This document shows positions 8,416 through 17,051 of a stretch of DNA of 28,809 nt, piece by piece. Both the position numbers and the translations under genes were made by a program. How positions within the stretch are numbered: the stretch's first letter is position 1; each line of letters starts with the position of its first letter. This DNA comes from Candidatus Nanohaloarchaea archaeon. GTDB taxonomy: Archaea; Nanohalarchaeota; Nanosalinia; Nanosalinales; Nanosalinaceae. The notes beneath the pieces are model-generated. The model saw only the letters and a program-made list of their open reading frames with translations. It was not told where the DNA came from and searched no databases. The DNA lies in assembly GCA_042217695.1 (NCBI GenBank), contig JBDGSE010000009.1:1-28809 (forward strand), given 5' to 3'.

Positions 8416-9753
8416 ATGGCGTCCTTCTTCCACTCATACGACTTGAGAGGAGTTTACCCGGAAGAGATAGGTGAGAGAGAGGCTGAGCGAGTAGGTAAAG
8501 CCTATGGAACCTTTACTGACGCTGAAGAGGTCCTTGTTGGGCGGGATGGCAGGAGTCATTCCGATGAAGTCGCCTCCGCATTTATCAACGGTGTCAGGTC
8601 GACAGGAACAGATGTTATAGATGCAGGACAGGTTCCGACTCCGGTTATATACTTCGGCATGGTCGACAGATCTATAGAGTCCTCCGCGATCGTTACAGCG
8701 TCTCATAACCCTCCAGAGTATACAGGTTTCAAGTTCACGAAGGAAGGAGCGCTTGCAATGTCTCGTGACGGAGGTATGGCGGATATAGAGAGGCTGTACG
8801 AGGAGAAAGAGTTTGAAACCGGTTCAGGAGGTTACAGAGAGGTCGAACTGGAGGAAGACTATGTTGATTTCGTCTCGGAAAAAATAAAGCTGCAAGACGG
8901 GCTTGAGGTCGCCGTCAACTTTGGTAACGGTGTCACAGCAGATATCGGCGTAGAGTTCCTGGAATCGCTGGGTTGTTCCGTGACCCCGGTGAACGATGAG
9001 GTGGACGGCTCCTTCCCCAACCATCTGCCTGCGCCTGGAGAGGAGAGGGCTCAGGAACAGCTGCGGGAGGCGATGGATGATGAAGACCTCGGCATAATAT
9101 TCGATGGAGACGGTGACCGTGCAGGTTTCATGCTGGCCTCAGGAGAGTATGTAGCAGAGGATAAGGTGATAGCCGTCTTCGCGGAGGAAGTACTGGGCAG
9201 CAGGGATGGCAAGGTGCTGCACGATCTCCGGGCCTCGAAACTGGTGCCGGAAAGGGTTCGGGAGAACGGCGGCGAACCTGTTGAGACAAGGGTCGGCCAC
9301 ACGTTTATCTCCGAGGAGATACACGACGATCCGGGCATAGTTTTCGCCGGCGAACTCTCGGGGCATTACTACTTCCCCGCCTTCGAGGTTCCGTGGGACG
9401 ATGGCCTCTTCGCCGCCGCACTGATGTGTGAGATCGCCTCCAGTCAGGATTTAACGGAAAAGATAGAGTCGATGCCGGAATACCCGGTCTCCCCGGAGTT
9501 GAGGATTGACTGTCCCGAGGAGGCGAAACAGCAGGTGGTGGAGGGTATAGAGCAGAGGTACTCGGATCACCCGACCACTGACAGGGACGGCGTGAAAGTG
9601 GAGTTCGATGATGGATGGGCTCTCGTCCGGCCCTCTTCGACGGAGCCAAAGATGAGTGTCCGCTGCGAGGCTGATTCCGAAGAAGCGCTGGACAGGATAC
9701 TTGAAGAAGTGAGGGAGGACGTGGAGGAGCTTATAGAACAGTTCAGTCCTTGA
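8416..9753 (+). CDS. Phosphoglucomutase/phosphomannomutase
   Basis: YDLRG, TASHNP (phosphoserine), DGDGDR (metal loop), GELSGH, RPSSTEP. Start moved to ATG 8416 behind GGTGA. Confidence 0.96.
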   Translation: MASFFHSYDLRGVYPEEIGEREAERVGKAYGTFTDAEEVLVGRDGRSHSDEVASAFINGVRSTGTDVIDAGQVPTPVIYFGMVDRSIESSAIVTASHNPPEYTGFKFTKEGALAMSRDGGMADIERLYEEKEFETGSGGYREVELEEDYVDFVSEKIKLQDGLEVAVNFGNGVTADIGVEFLESLGCSVTPVNDEVDGSFPNHLPAPGEERAQEQLREAMDDEDLGIIFDGDGDRAGFMLASGEYVAEDKVIAVFAEEVLGSRDGKVLHDLRASKLVPERVRENGGEPVETRVGHTFISEEIHDDPGIVFAGELSGHYYFPAFEVPWDDGLFAAALMCEIASSQDLTEKIESMPEYPVSPELRIDCPEEAKQQVVEGIEQRYSDHPTTDRDGVKVEFDDGWALVRPSSTEPKMSVRCEADSEEALDRILEEVREDVEELIEQFSP

Positions 9754-11008
9754 CCTCGTTCATGAAGGTTCCTGAAGATATCACGTCTCCCATGCCGACG
9801 AGGCGTTCCGGTTCTTCATGTATTACCGGTGGAATGGCCACCACGTTGTAGCCCTCTATCTCCGCTATTCCCTCGCGGCCGAAGCCGTCCAGGTCGAAGA
9901 AGTCGCCGAAGTGCTCCAGCTCATCCAGTTTCCTCAGGTGCTTGTCCTCCATGTCGAGTCCCTGCAGGTCTTCGCGGGAGGGTATCTCGCCCTTCTCCGC
10001 CAGTTTTATCGCGGAAAGTTCTCCGAACAGCATGCTCTCCCTGAGTTTTTCCGGGCCCACCGGGTAGTCCTCCCGGGTTACCAGGAGATGGAAGTCGTAG
10101 GTGTGGATGTGAACTCTTGAAAGCTCAAACCTCTCGATCAACTCTTTCGAGGTCTGGTAGGCCTCTCCCAGTGCACCCTCCTCTGATTTCGATTCCAGGT
10201 CGAGCTTTTCCTCCAGCTGTCTCATCTCGTAATCGTCGAAACCAAGGCTGTCTACGTGAGGGAACACGCGTTCCGCCACGAGATCCAGAAGTTTCTGCTC
10301 CATATCCACGTACTCCACGTGTATCGGGGTCTCTATCTGTTCCAGCTGTTTCTCCGATTTTTTCAGCTTGGCGTTCATGTTGCCCTCTATGTTCTGGAAA
10401 CCGGAGAAAAGTACGCGTTCAAGGTTTTCGTCCATCGTCTCCAGGTTTTCCTCCACCCCTTTCCGGAAGTACGGCCCGAAGCCTTTCATCTTCTCCGAGA
10501 CTATCAATCTACCGGTCCGGTCACCCTCGTACTCGAATATATGGTTCTTCTTGGTGCGGTCCGTGTTGGCGGCGTCTCTAACGTTTTTCAGAAGGAATTC
10601 CTCATCGTAAACAGGATAGAGGACCTTGTTTTCTATCTTTTCCGCGAGTTCCTCCGAGAGGAAGGGGGTGTAAAATATCACGGAGTTACGGAACTGCGAG
10701 AGATAGTTGGACATTATCCCGGCCTGTCCGCCTATCTCTTCTACTCCTTCGCCCTCGAATTCAAAGCCGTCCGACTCTATCTCCATGCTGGTCTCGTTCT
10801 TGACGCAGTAGAGCAGAGCCTCCTTGAGTTCCTCCTCGTTTGATATGGTTTCAGGCTTCTTTATCTCGGCGTCCGTGAAATCGAGTTCAAGTTCGTCCAC
10901 GTCGTATTTCACGTCTATGTTCGCGTTGAAACCCACGAGTACGTCCGCAGAGTCGCGTCTATCCAGTTCTGTTATCTCCCTGTAACGTTTCAGCCATTCT
11001 TCTTTCAT
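9743..11008 (-). CDS. ADP-dependent glucokinase/phosphofructokinase
   Basis: GFNANID, GGQAGIMSN, NHIFEY, IHVEY, VHIHT and VGMGDVISSG motifs of the ADP-PFK/GK family. Confidence 0.92.
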   Translation of the reverse strand: MKEEWLKRYREITELDRRDSADVLVGFNANIDVKYDVDELELDFTDAEIKKPETISNEEELKEALLYCVKNETSMEIESDGFEFEGEGVEEIGGQAGIMSNYLSQFRNSVIFYTPFLSEELAEKIENKVLYPVYDEEFLLKNVRDAANTDRTKKNHIFEYEGDRTGRLIVSEKMKGFGPYFRKGVEENLETMDENLERVLFSGFQNIEGNMNAKLKKSEKQLEQIETPIHVEYVDMEQKLLDLVAERVFPHVDSLGFDDYEMRQLEEKLDLESKSEEGALGEAYQTSKELIERFELSRVHIHTYDFHLLVTREDYPVGPEKLRESMLFGELSAIKLAEKGEIPSREDLQGLDMEDKHLRKLDELEHFGDFFDLDGFGREGIAEIEGYNVVAIPPVIHEEPERLVGMGDVISSGTFMNEVKD

Positions 11009-11655
11009 AGGCCCTCCATCAACTCCTTTGTCTCCCTGTAGGGGTCATCCGATTTTACCACTCCAGAGGCCACGAGAACCCCCTCGCAGCCCAGCTCGAT
11101 GCTCTTCTCCACGTCTTCTGTGTTCTTTATCCCGGCGCCTGTAAGCGTTGGGACTGGTTTGCTGGCCTCTACCGCCTTTTCGATCATCTCGGGTTCTGCC
11201 TCAGAGACCGATACATCCCCGCCTATCAGTTCCGGTGGCTCGTAGGCTATGTAGTCGGGTTCGAACTCCCTGATTTCGGCGCATTCCTCGGGGCTCTGCG
11301 CGCATACCACTGTAGTGAGACCGGCTTCTTTGGCCCTTTCCACCGTTTTCCGGATCTCCTCTTTCTCCAGCCTCCGCTCCGAGTGGTTTATCAGGGTGCC
11401 CTCGGCACCTGCTTCTTTCACCGCCTCTGGCAGTATGTGCCCGGTATGGCTTCCAGGTTCCACGGGGTCGATGTGTTCCGCGAAGCCGGTGACGTAGCGG
11501 TCATCCATCCGGTGGATGTCGGAGGGCTGGGCTGCTATAACCAGCTCGTGTTCGAACTCGTTCGCCGCCTCTATACTGAGGTCTGCCAGAGAGCCAAAGT
11601 TTTCCCCGGTTCCCTCCCGGTAGGCCTTCATGTTAAGTATCAGTTTTTTCACCAT
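11005..11655 (-). CDS. tpiA: Triosephosphate isomerase (archaeal type)
   Basis: LNMKAY, GSHTG, LINHSE, AYEPPELIG, GAGI, GVLVASG. Confidence 0.97.
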   Translation of the reverse strand: MVKKLILNMKAYREGTGENFGSLADLSIEAANEFEHELVIAAQPSDIHRMDDRYVTGFAEHIDPVEPGSHTGHILPEAVKEAGAEGTLINHSERRLEKEEIRKTVERAKEAGLTTVVCAQSPEECAEIREFEPDYIAYEPPELIGGDVSVSEAEPEMIEKAVEASKPVPTLTGAGIKNTEDVEKSIELGCEGVLVASGVVKSDDPYRETKELMEGL

Positions 11656-13424
11656 ATTATCAGCTCCGCGTCAGGATCGTTCAGCACCTCTACCTCGCCG
11701 TCCTCGAATTTCAGGTCGATGGTTTCGTCTCCGATACGTTTGCCCAGTCTCTTTCCGGTGATATCCGCGACCGGATCGACCTCGACGTGTTCCTCTGTGA
11801 CCTTGATACCCAGCAGGTAACGGTCGATGACGTGCAGGAACATGCCGGCGCTCCAGGCCTGCTCCCCGCAGCCGATGAGGTCCCCTGTCTCGGCGTCAAG
11901 CACTTCCGGAAAGGCACACACCTGGTCTTCGTGGCTCCAGTCTGACATCTTCTCCAGGAAGTTTATCCCCTGCTTGTTCTTGCCGTACCGGAGGTTCGCG
12001 GCCGCCGCCCAGCCCGTGGTTAGCCCCCACACGCTGCCGGTGTGGTAGCCCGATGACTCGTATCCCGGGTCGGTCACTGCTCTGGTCCGGGCGCCGTGGC
12101 GGGATGAGAACTCCGCGTTCAGTTCCTCCAGGTAGTTATGGGCGCGCTGGTCGCTGAACTGTCCGAACATCAGTGGGACCGCGGGATTTATCGTCCTGGG
12201 GCTATCGCTGTCCAGGAAGTCTCTGACCCGGTCTTTCGTCTCGAAGTCCCTCAAACCTGAACGGAGTTCGCTCTCCGCCTCGTGGTCTGTGATCTCCGCG
12301 GCCCTGAGCCATAGAGCCTGTATGTCTATGGCCGGATCCCGTTCCAGGGTGTCCATCCAGGTGCCTGACGGGTCGTGCTGTACTACCCCGTTTTCCGTTT
12401 CGAGCTGTTCCATGGCATCCTCCTGCTTCTGTTTTATACTTTCCGAGGTCTTCCAGTGCCTCTCCAGCTTGTCTGCAGCTATAACGTAGAGTGGTGCAGC
12501 ATCCGCCGAAGCCGGGGGTTCCCTGTCCTCCAGCGGGATCATTCCTGGGAACCCGTCGGTCTCTGCAAAGTTCTCGAGTATCTCGTGTGCTGCCTCGAAG
12601 TAGCCCGCGTCTATCATGCCTAGAAGAGTCCAGTAAGTGTCGCGTGACCAGTAGTTCTGGAACCAGGGGTGTCCTGCGATGAGTCCGAGCCCGTCACGGT
12701 CGTAGACCATGTTCAGCATGCTGGTCTCTGCGCAGCCAAATCCTTGGCCGAGGTCAGGGTTTTCGAAATCCTGCTCCCTTCGCTCGATCGAGCTGAAGCT
12801 TGCCTCCGAGGTGGTGAAATCGATGGTTATACTCTTCGAGCCTCCGGCATCCACCTCCTCACGGAACACCATCTCGCCGGGGATCATGCATACCTGTCTG
12901 TCGCCCGGAAAATGCTCTTTCTCGTAGCTGTCTCCCTTCAGTTCGATCTCGTTTTCTGAGGATATCATCAGTTTTTTGCCGTCACGCGATAGGGTCAGAC
13001 GGTTGGAGCGTACCTCGATATCGTATTCCTCTTCCAGAACGTCCTTCGACTTCGGCCGGATGTCAACCGCGGCTTCCAGTGCGGTCTTCGCAGCTTTTTT
13101 GCTTTCCGCCGTGTTCGTTATCTCGATCTCCAGTCGGAAGCCGGGCACCGACTCCGGGGTTGAGACATGTTCCTTGACACGGAGGCCGCCGGCGTTGAAG
13201 TGGTAGGTGATGCCGTCGCCGTATTCGACGCCTTCAAGGTGGTCGCCGTCCAGCCAGATACCGTTCACTTTGATGGCGTAGTAGTCCAGGAACTTGTACG
13301 GCGGGGACCAGTAACCGCTCCATTTCGACTTGAATCCTGTGTCGAAGTGCCTCAGAAGGAAACCGTGCAGGTTTGAGGTCACGCCGTACCGTTCCTCGAG
13401 GTTATGGTTTAACTGGTGCTTCAT
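11649..13424 (-). CDS. Amylo-alpha-1,6-glucosidase / glycogen debranching enzyme-like protein
   Basis: AGHPWFQNYWSRD, SADAAPL, TWMD, YHTGSVW, FPEVLD and GCGEQAWS motifs of the GDE_C six-hairpin domain. Confidence 0.88.
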   Translation of the reverse strand: MKHQLNHNLEERYGVTSNLHGFLLRHFDTGFKSKWSGYWSPPYKFLDYYAIKVNGIWLDGDHLEGVEYGDGITYHFNAGGLRVKEHVSTPESVPGFRLEIEITNTAESKKAAKTALEAAVDIRPKSKDVLEEEYDIEVRSNRLTLSRDGKKLMISSENEIELKGDSYEKEHFPGDRQVCMIPGEMVFREEVDAGGSKSITIDFTTSEASFSSIERREQDFENPDLGQGFGCAETSMLNMVYDRDGLGLIAGHPWFQNYWSRDTYWTLLGMIDAGYFEAAHEILENFAETDGFPGMIPLEDREPPASADAAPLYVIAADKLERHWKTSESIKQKQEDAMEQLETENGVVQHDPSGTWMDTLERDPAIDIQALWLRAAEITDHEAESELRSGLRDFETKDRVRDFLDSDSPRTINPAVPLMFGQFSDQRAHNYLEELNAEFSSRHGARTRAVTDPGYESSGYHTGSVWGLTTGWAAAANLRYGKNKQGINFLEKMSDWSHEDQVCAFPEVLDAETGDLIGCGEQAWSAGMFLHVIDRYLLGIKVTEEHVEVDPVADITGKRLGKRIGDETIDLKFEDGEVEVLNDPDAELIIW

Positions 13425-13443
13425 AATCTTGAGAGCGCGAACG

Positions 13444-13505
13444 ACAGGTATAAAACCTGTATTTTGACTTTTGGGTAGTAATAGGGAGTGGGGGATGTTT
13501 TTATA
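13444..13505. promoter_or_regulatory. Divergent promoter region for the debranching operon and glycogen synthase operon
   Basis: Minus TATA TTTTATAC (13455-13448) is 23 nt before ATG 13424; plus TATA TTTTTATA (13498-13505) is 22 nt before ATG 13528; inverted repeat ACAGGT-N5-ACCTGT at 13444-13460. Confidence 0.6.
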
Positions 13506-13527
13506 GAGAGGAAACGGGTGTGTTTAC

Positions 13528-15279
13528 ATGGCGCCGGACAACTTTGTGGAGGTTTCTTTCGAGGTAGCCAACAAGGTAGGCGGGATCTACCAGGTGATAA
13601 AATCGAAGACTTCCACCATGAAGGAGTACTATGGAGACGACTACATAACCGTGGGTTTCTACGATGAGGAAAGCGCCCTGGACGAGTTCGCGACCCGTGA
13701 TTTCCCGGAATGGGAGGAAGCCATCGAAGAGGTGGAAGAGAGCGGTATAGACGTTCACTCTGGCGTCTGGACCATACCGGGTTCCCCGAGATGTATACTT
13801 GTGGACGCCTCAGACATGGATAAATCCGTGGACGAGATAAAGGAGGAGCTCTGGGAGGACTACGGTATCGACTCGATAGAGGCGCCTCCAGACTTCGACG
13901 AACCGGTGAAATGGAGCTACGCCGTGGGCGTGCTCCTTGACAGGCTGGAGGATGAGCTTTCCGGGGACACGGTCTTCCAGTTCCATGAATGGCTTTCAGG
14001 TCCGGCCATGTTCAATGTCTCGGCTCCGACCGTGTTCACGACCCACGCCACGGTTCTGGGGCGGACACTCTCCAACACGGACTATGACCTCGAGACAGCG
14101 ATAAAGCAGGGACAGGTGGAGGACTCCCGGGCAAGGGACTTCGGGGTCACCGCGAAACACCAGGTTGAGAAGACCGCGGCATCGGAGGCCGACGTGTTCA
14201 CAACGGTAAGCAAGACCACGGGCCGGGAGGCGGAGGCGGTTCTAGATGTAAAACCGGATGCGATACTGTCGAACGGTTTCAACGTCGAGGCCTTCCCCAG
14301 CCTGGAGGAGCTTTCATACCAGCACAAGAAAAAGAAGGAGAAGGTAAAGGAGTTTTTACGCGCTTATTTCGAACCCTACTATGATGTGGAGCTTGAGGAC
14401 GACCCCCGTATACTTTTCACCTCCGGCCGTTACGAGTTCCACAACAAGGGACTAGACCTGTTCATAGATGCTCTGTCCCACGTAAACGAGAGTGAGGGCG
14501 ACGACATATTCGTGTTCATATTCGTGCCGAGTGACGTGAAGGGGCCGAAGATGGAGGTTCTTGAAAATATATCTCTCTACGACGAACTGGAGGACTACGT
14601 GGACTCGGTTATGCCCGAGCTACGGCGTCGTATTCTCAGCCACATAACCTCGGGCAAAGACCCGAAGAAAGGTGCGGATGAACTGCTCAGCGACAGCTCC
14701 ACCATCGAATCGCTGCAGAGAAACTTTCACAAGAAGCAGGGAGAGGATGCTCCGCTCTGCGCGTTCGATCTGAACTACGAGGGAGACAGTATACTGGAGC
14801 GTCTCCGAGATAGAGGGCTGACGAACAGCAAGGACGACCGCGTGAAAGTGGTCTTCTACCCGACATATCTCTCCGTGGGAGACCGCCTCCTTTCGATGGA
14901 TTACAACGATGCAATGGTGGCGGCCAGCGCCGGGATATTCCCGAGCTACTACGAACCGTGGGGTTACACTCCTGTTGAGACCGCGGCGAATGGCGCGATG
15001 TCTATCACGACCGACAAGGCCGGTTTCGGCCAGTTCCTGATGGAGAACACTTCAGAGGACGAGAGAAAGGGTATACGCATCCTCCGAAGGGAGAACTTTA
15101 CCGACGAGGAGGCGGCCAAGAACCTCGCAGATATGGTGGACGACATCGTCTCCTACTCGAAAACCGAGATAACCGAGAGAAAGCACAACGCCCGGAGACT
15201 GGCCCAGATGACCTCGTGGGACAGACTGGGCCGGAACTACAGGGAGGCGCACGAGATGGCGCTGGAGGAGAACGAATGA
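13528..15279 (+). CDS. Glycogen synthase, GT3 (eukaryote-like) family
   Basis: EVSFEVANKVGGIY, FHEW, FTTHATVLGR, GRYEFHNKG, VKVVFYPTYL, FPSYYEPWGYTPVE. Confidence 0.94.
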   Translation: MAPDNFVEVSFEVANKVGGIYQVIKSKTSTMKEYYGDDYITVGFYDEESALDEFATRDFPEWEEAIEEVEESGIDVHSGVWTIPGSPRCILVDASDMDKSVDEIKEELWEDYGIDSIEAPPDFDEPVKWSYAVGVLLDRLEDELSGDTVFQFHEWLSGPAMFNVSAPTVFTTHATVLGRTLSNTDYDLETAIKQGQVEDSRARDFGVTAKHQVEKTAASEADVFTTVSKTTGREAEAVLDVKPDAILSNGFNVEAFPSLEELSYQHKKKKEKVKEFLRAYFEPYYDVELEDDPRILFTSGRYEFHNKGLDLFIDALSHVNESEGDDIFVFIFVPSDVKGPKMEVLENISLYDELEDYVDSVMPELRRRILSHITSGKDPKKGADELLSDSSTIESLQRNFHKKQGEDAPLCAFDLNYEGDSILERLRDRGLTNSKDDRVKVVFYPTYLSVGDRLLSMDYNDAMVAASAGIFPSYYEPWGYTPVETAANGAMSITTDKAGFGQFLMENTSEDERKGIRILRRENFTDEEAAKNLADMVDDIVSYSKTEITERKHNARRLAQMTSWDRLGRNYREAHEMALEENE

Positions 15280-16433
15280 GTCTCGAGATAGAGCTGGAAA
15301 ACTTCGGGAAAACCTCTCCAGGAAAGGACTTCGAGGAGATCGACTACCCGGAGTTCGCTGACTACGAACCAGATCTCGAGAATATAAAGAATGCCGCGGA
15401 GGAACACGACCCCGATACCCTGGTGGTCATAGGTAACGGTGGCTCGATAACATCTTTCCGTGCATACTACTACGCTTTCCGTGAGGAAGTCGATACAGAG
15501 GTGGAGATAGTGACGACTCAGGACCCCGACCTCCTGAACAGGATAGGTCGTAATACCTCCCCCGGGGATACGCTCGTTATGCCTGTAAGCAAATCAGGCT
15601 CCACCACCAGTATGCTGGAGGCCACACTCTACTTTCTCAAGAGGGGCTACCCTATCTTCGCGGTCACCTCGGACTCCGGCCCTCTCAGGCAGATAATCGA
15701 GAGGGGAGGACACGGGGCGATAGAACACCCGGATGTGGGAGGTCGTTTCTCCGGCGCCACGGAGACAGCTCTTGTACCGGCTGCATTTGCCGGTCTGGAT
15801 GTAGAGGAGTTGAGGAGAGGCGCCGAGAAGATATACGGGAAGTTCCGGGAGAGAAACGCTGCCTGGGAGATGGCGCGCGTGCTCCAGAACGCGGAGTCAG
15901 AGGGTTTCACAGAGATACTGGCGCCCTTTTACTCCACCAGGATGTTTGGTTTCTATCCGCTGCTCGTACAGCTGATGCACGAGACCGTCTGCAAGGAGGG
16001 AAGAGGCCAGACCGTCTACGGCGATCTGGGTCCAGAGATACAGCATCATACCAACCAGAGGCTGTTCGGCGGACGCGAAAACGTTGTGCCCGTCTTCTTC
16101 AGAACAGAGGCCCATGAACACGAGAAAATCAGTGTCCCGGAATCATTCAGAGACATCGGATGGAAGGACCGGTCTCTCGGAGACCTGCATGGGAAAGAGG
16201 TGAAGGATTTGCTCGAGTCGGAGTACCTCGGGGTCCGGAAAGAACTGGAGCAGGAGGACCGGCCGTTCGGAGCTGTTTCGCTGCTTCGGATGGATTACTC
16301 TGCCGCTGGAGAGCTTCTGGCTTTCCTGCAGTTCCTTGCGGTCTACTCCGCGGAACTGCGTGGTGTAAACCCGTATAACCAGCCGGAAGTTGAAAAAAGC
16401 AAGGAACTAGGTTTCGAACAGAGGTTCAAATAG
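15276..16433 (+). CDS. pgi: Glucose-6-phosphate isomerase (compact PGI/SIS type)
   Basis: IGNGGS, SKSGST, VGGRFS, VNPYNQPEVEKSK; start at ATG 15276 through an ATGA overlap with the glycogen synthase stop. Confidence 0.88.
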   Translation: MSLEIELENFGKTSPGKDFEEIDYPEFADYEPDLENIKNAAEEHDPDTLVVIGNGGSITSFRAYYYAFREEVDTEVEIVTTQDPDLLNRIGRNTSPGDTLVMPVSKSGSTTSMLEATLYFLKRGYPIFAVTSDSGPLRQIIERGGHGAIEHPDVGGRFSGATETALVPAAFAGLDVEELRRGAEKIYGKFRERNAAWEMARVLQNAESEGFTEILAPFYSTRMFGFYPLLVQLMHETVCKEGRGQTVYGDLGPEIQHHTNQRLFGGRENVVPVFFRTEAHEHEKISVPESFRDIGWKDRSLGDLHGKEVKDLLESEYLGVRKELEQEDRPFGAVSLLRMDYSAAGELLAFLQFLAVYSAELRGVNPYNQPEVEKSKELGFEQRFK

Positions 16434-17045
16434 ATGAAAGTGCTCCTGCTCTCGAAAGAGTTCCGGGACGGCGAAGGCGTATCGGAATACTGCAAGAACA
16501 TCGCGGAACACCTGGTCGAGAACGGTCATGAAGCCACGATAGTTTCCTTCGACGATGGTTCCTACTACAGTATAGATGAACGCGTGGAGGTGCACAGGGT
16601 GCCGCTCCACTTCGAGGGCGACAACATCTACAACTGGGCCATGATGCTCAACAACGAGCTGAAGGGCCAGGCCCGTGAACTTATGGAGGAAGAGGAATTC
16701 GATTTGATACACGCCAACGACTGGACCACTATCCCCGGCGGGATCGCGCTGAAAAAGCACGCCGAGAAACCTTTTGCAGTCACCATACATTCCACTGAAA
16801 ACGAGCGCGGGTTTGAGGGAGACCATGCCTCGATGATCTCCGAGCTGGAGTGGCAGGGAACCTTCGAGGCGGAGAAGGTGCTGGTGACAAAGGAAGACAC
16901 AAAGAACTCTATCCTGTTCGACCTGGATGTTCCAGGCGAAAAAGTTTCGGTTATCGACCCCTACAGCGACGGATGGAGGTCAAGAATTTTGGAGGAATAC
17001 CAAGAACTTATTAAATCAAAACAAGAGGTAGTAAATAAGGAGTGA
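16434..17045 (+). CDS. GT4 N-terminal-domain-only protein
   Basis: MKVLLLS, EVHRV, FDLIHANDW, TIHSTE, ELEW match the N-terminal half of the downstream GT4; no C-terminal nucleotide-sugar-binding domain. Confidence 0.85.
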   Translation: MKVLLLSKEFRDGEGVSEYCKNIAEHLVENGHEATIVSFDDGSYYSIDERVEVHRVPLHFEGDNIYNWAMMLNNELKGQARELMEEEEFDLIHANDWTTIPGGIALKKHAEKPFAVTIHSTENERGFEGDHASMISELEWQGTFEAEKVLVTKEDTKNSILFDLDVPGEKVSVIDPYSDGWRSRILEEYQELIKSKQEVVNKE

Positions 17046-17051
17046 TCACGT

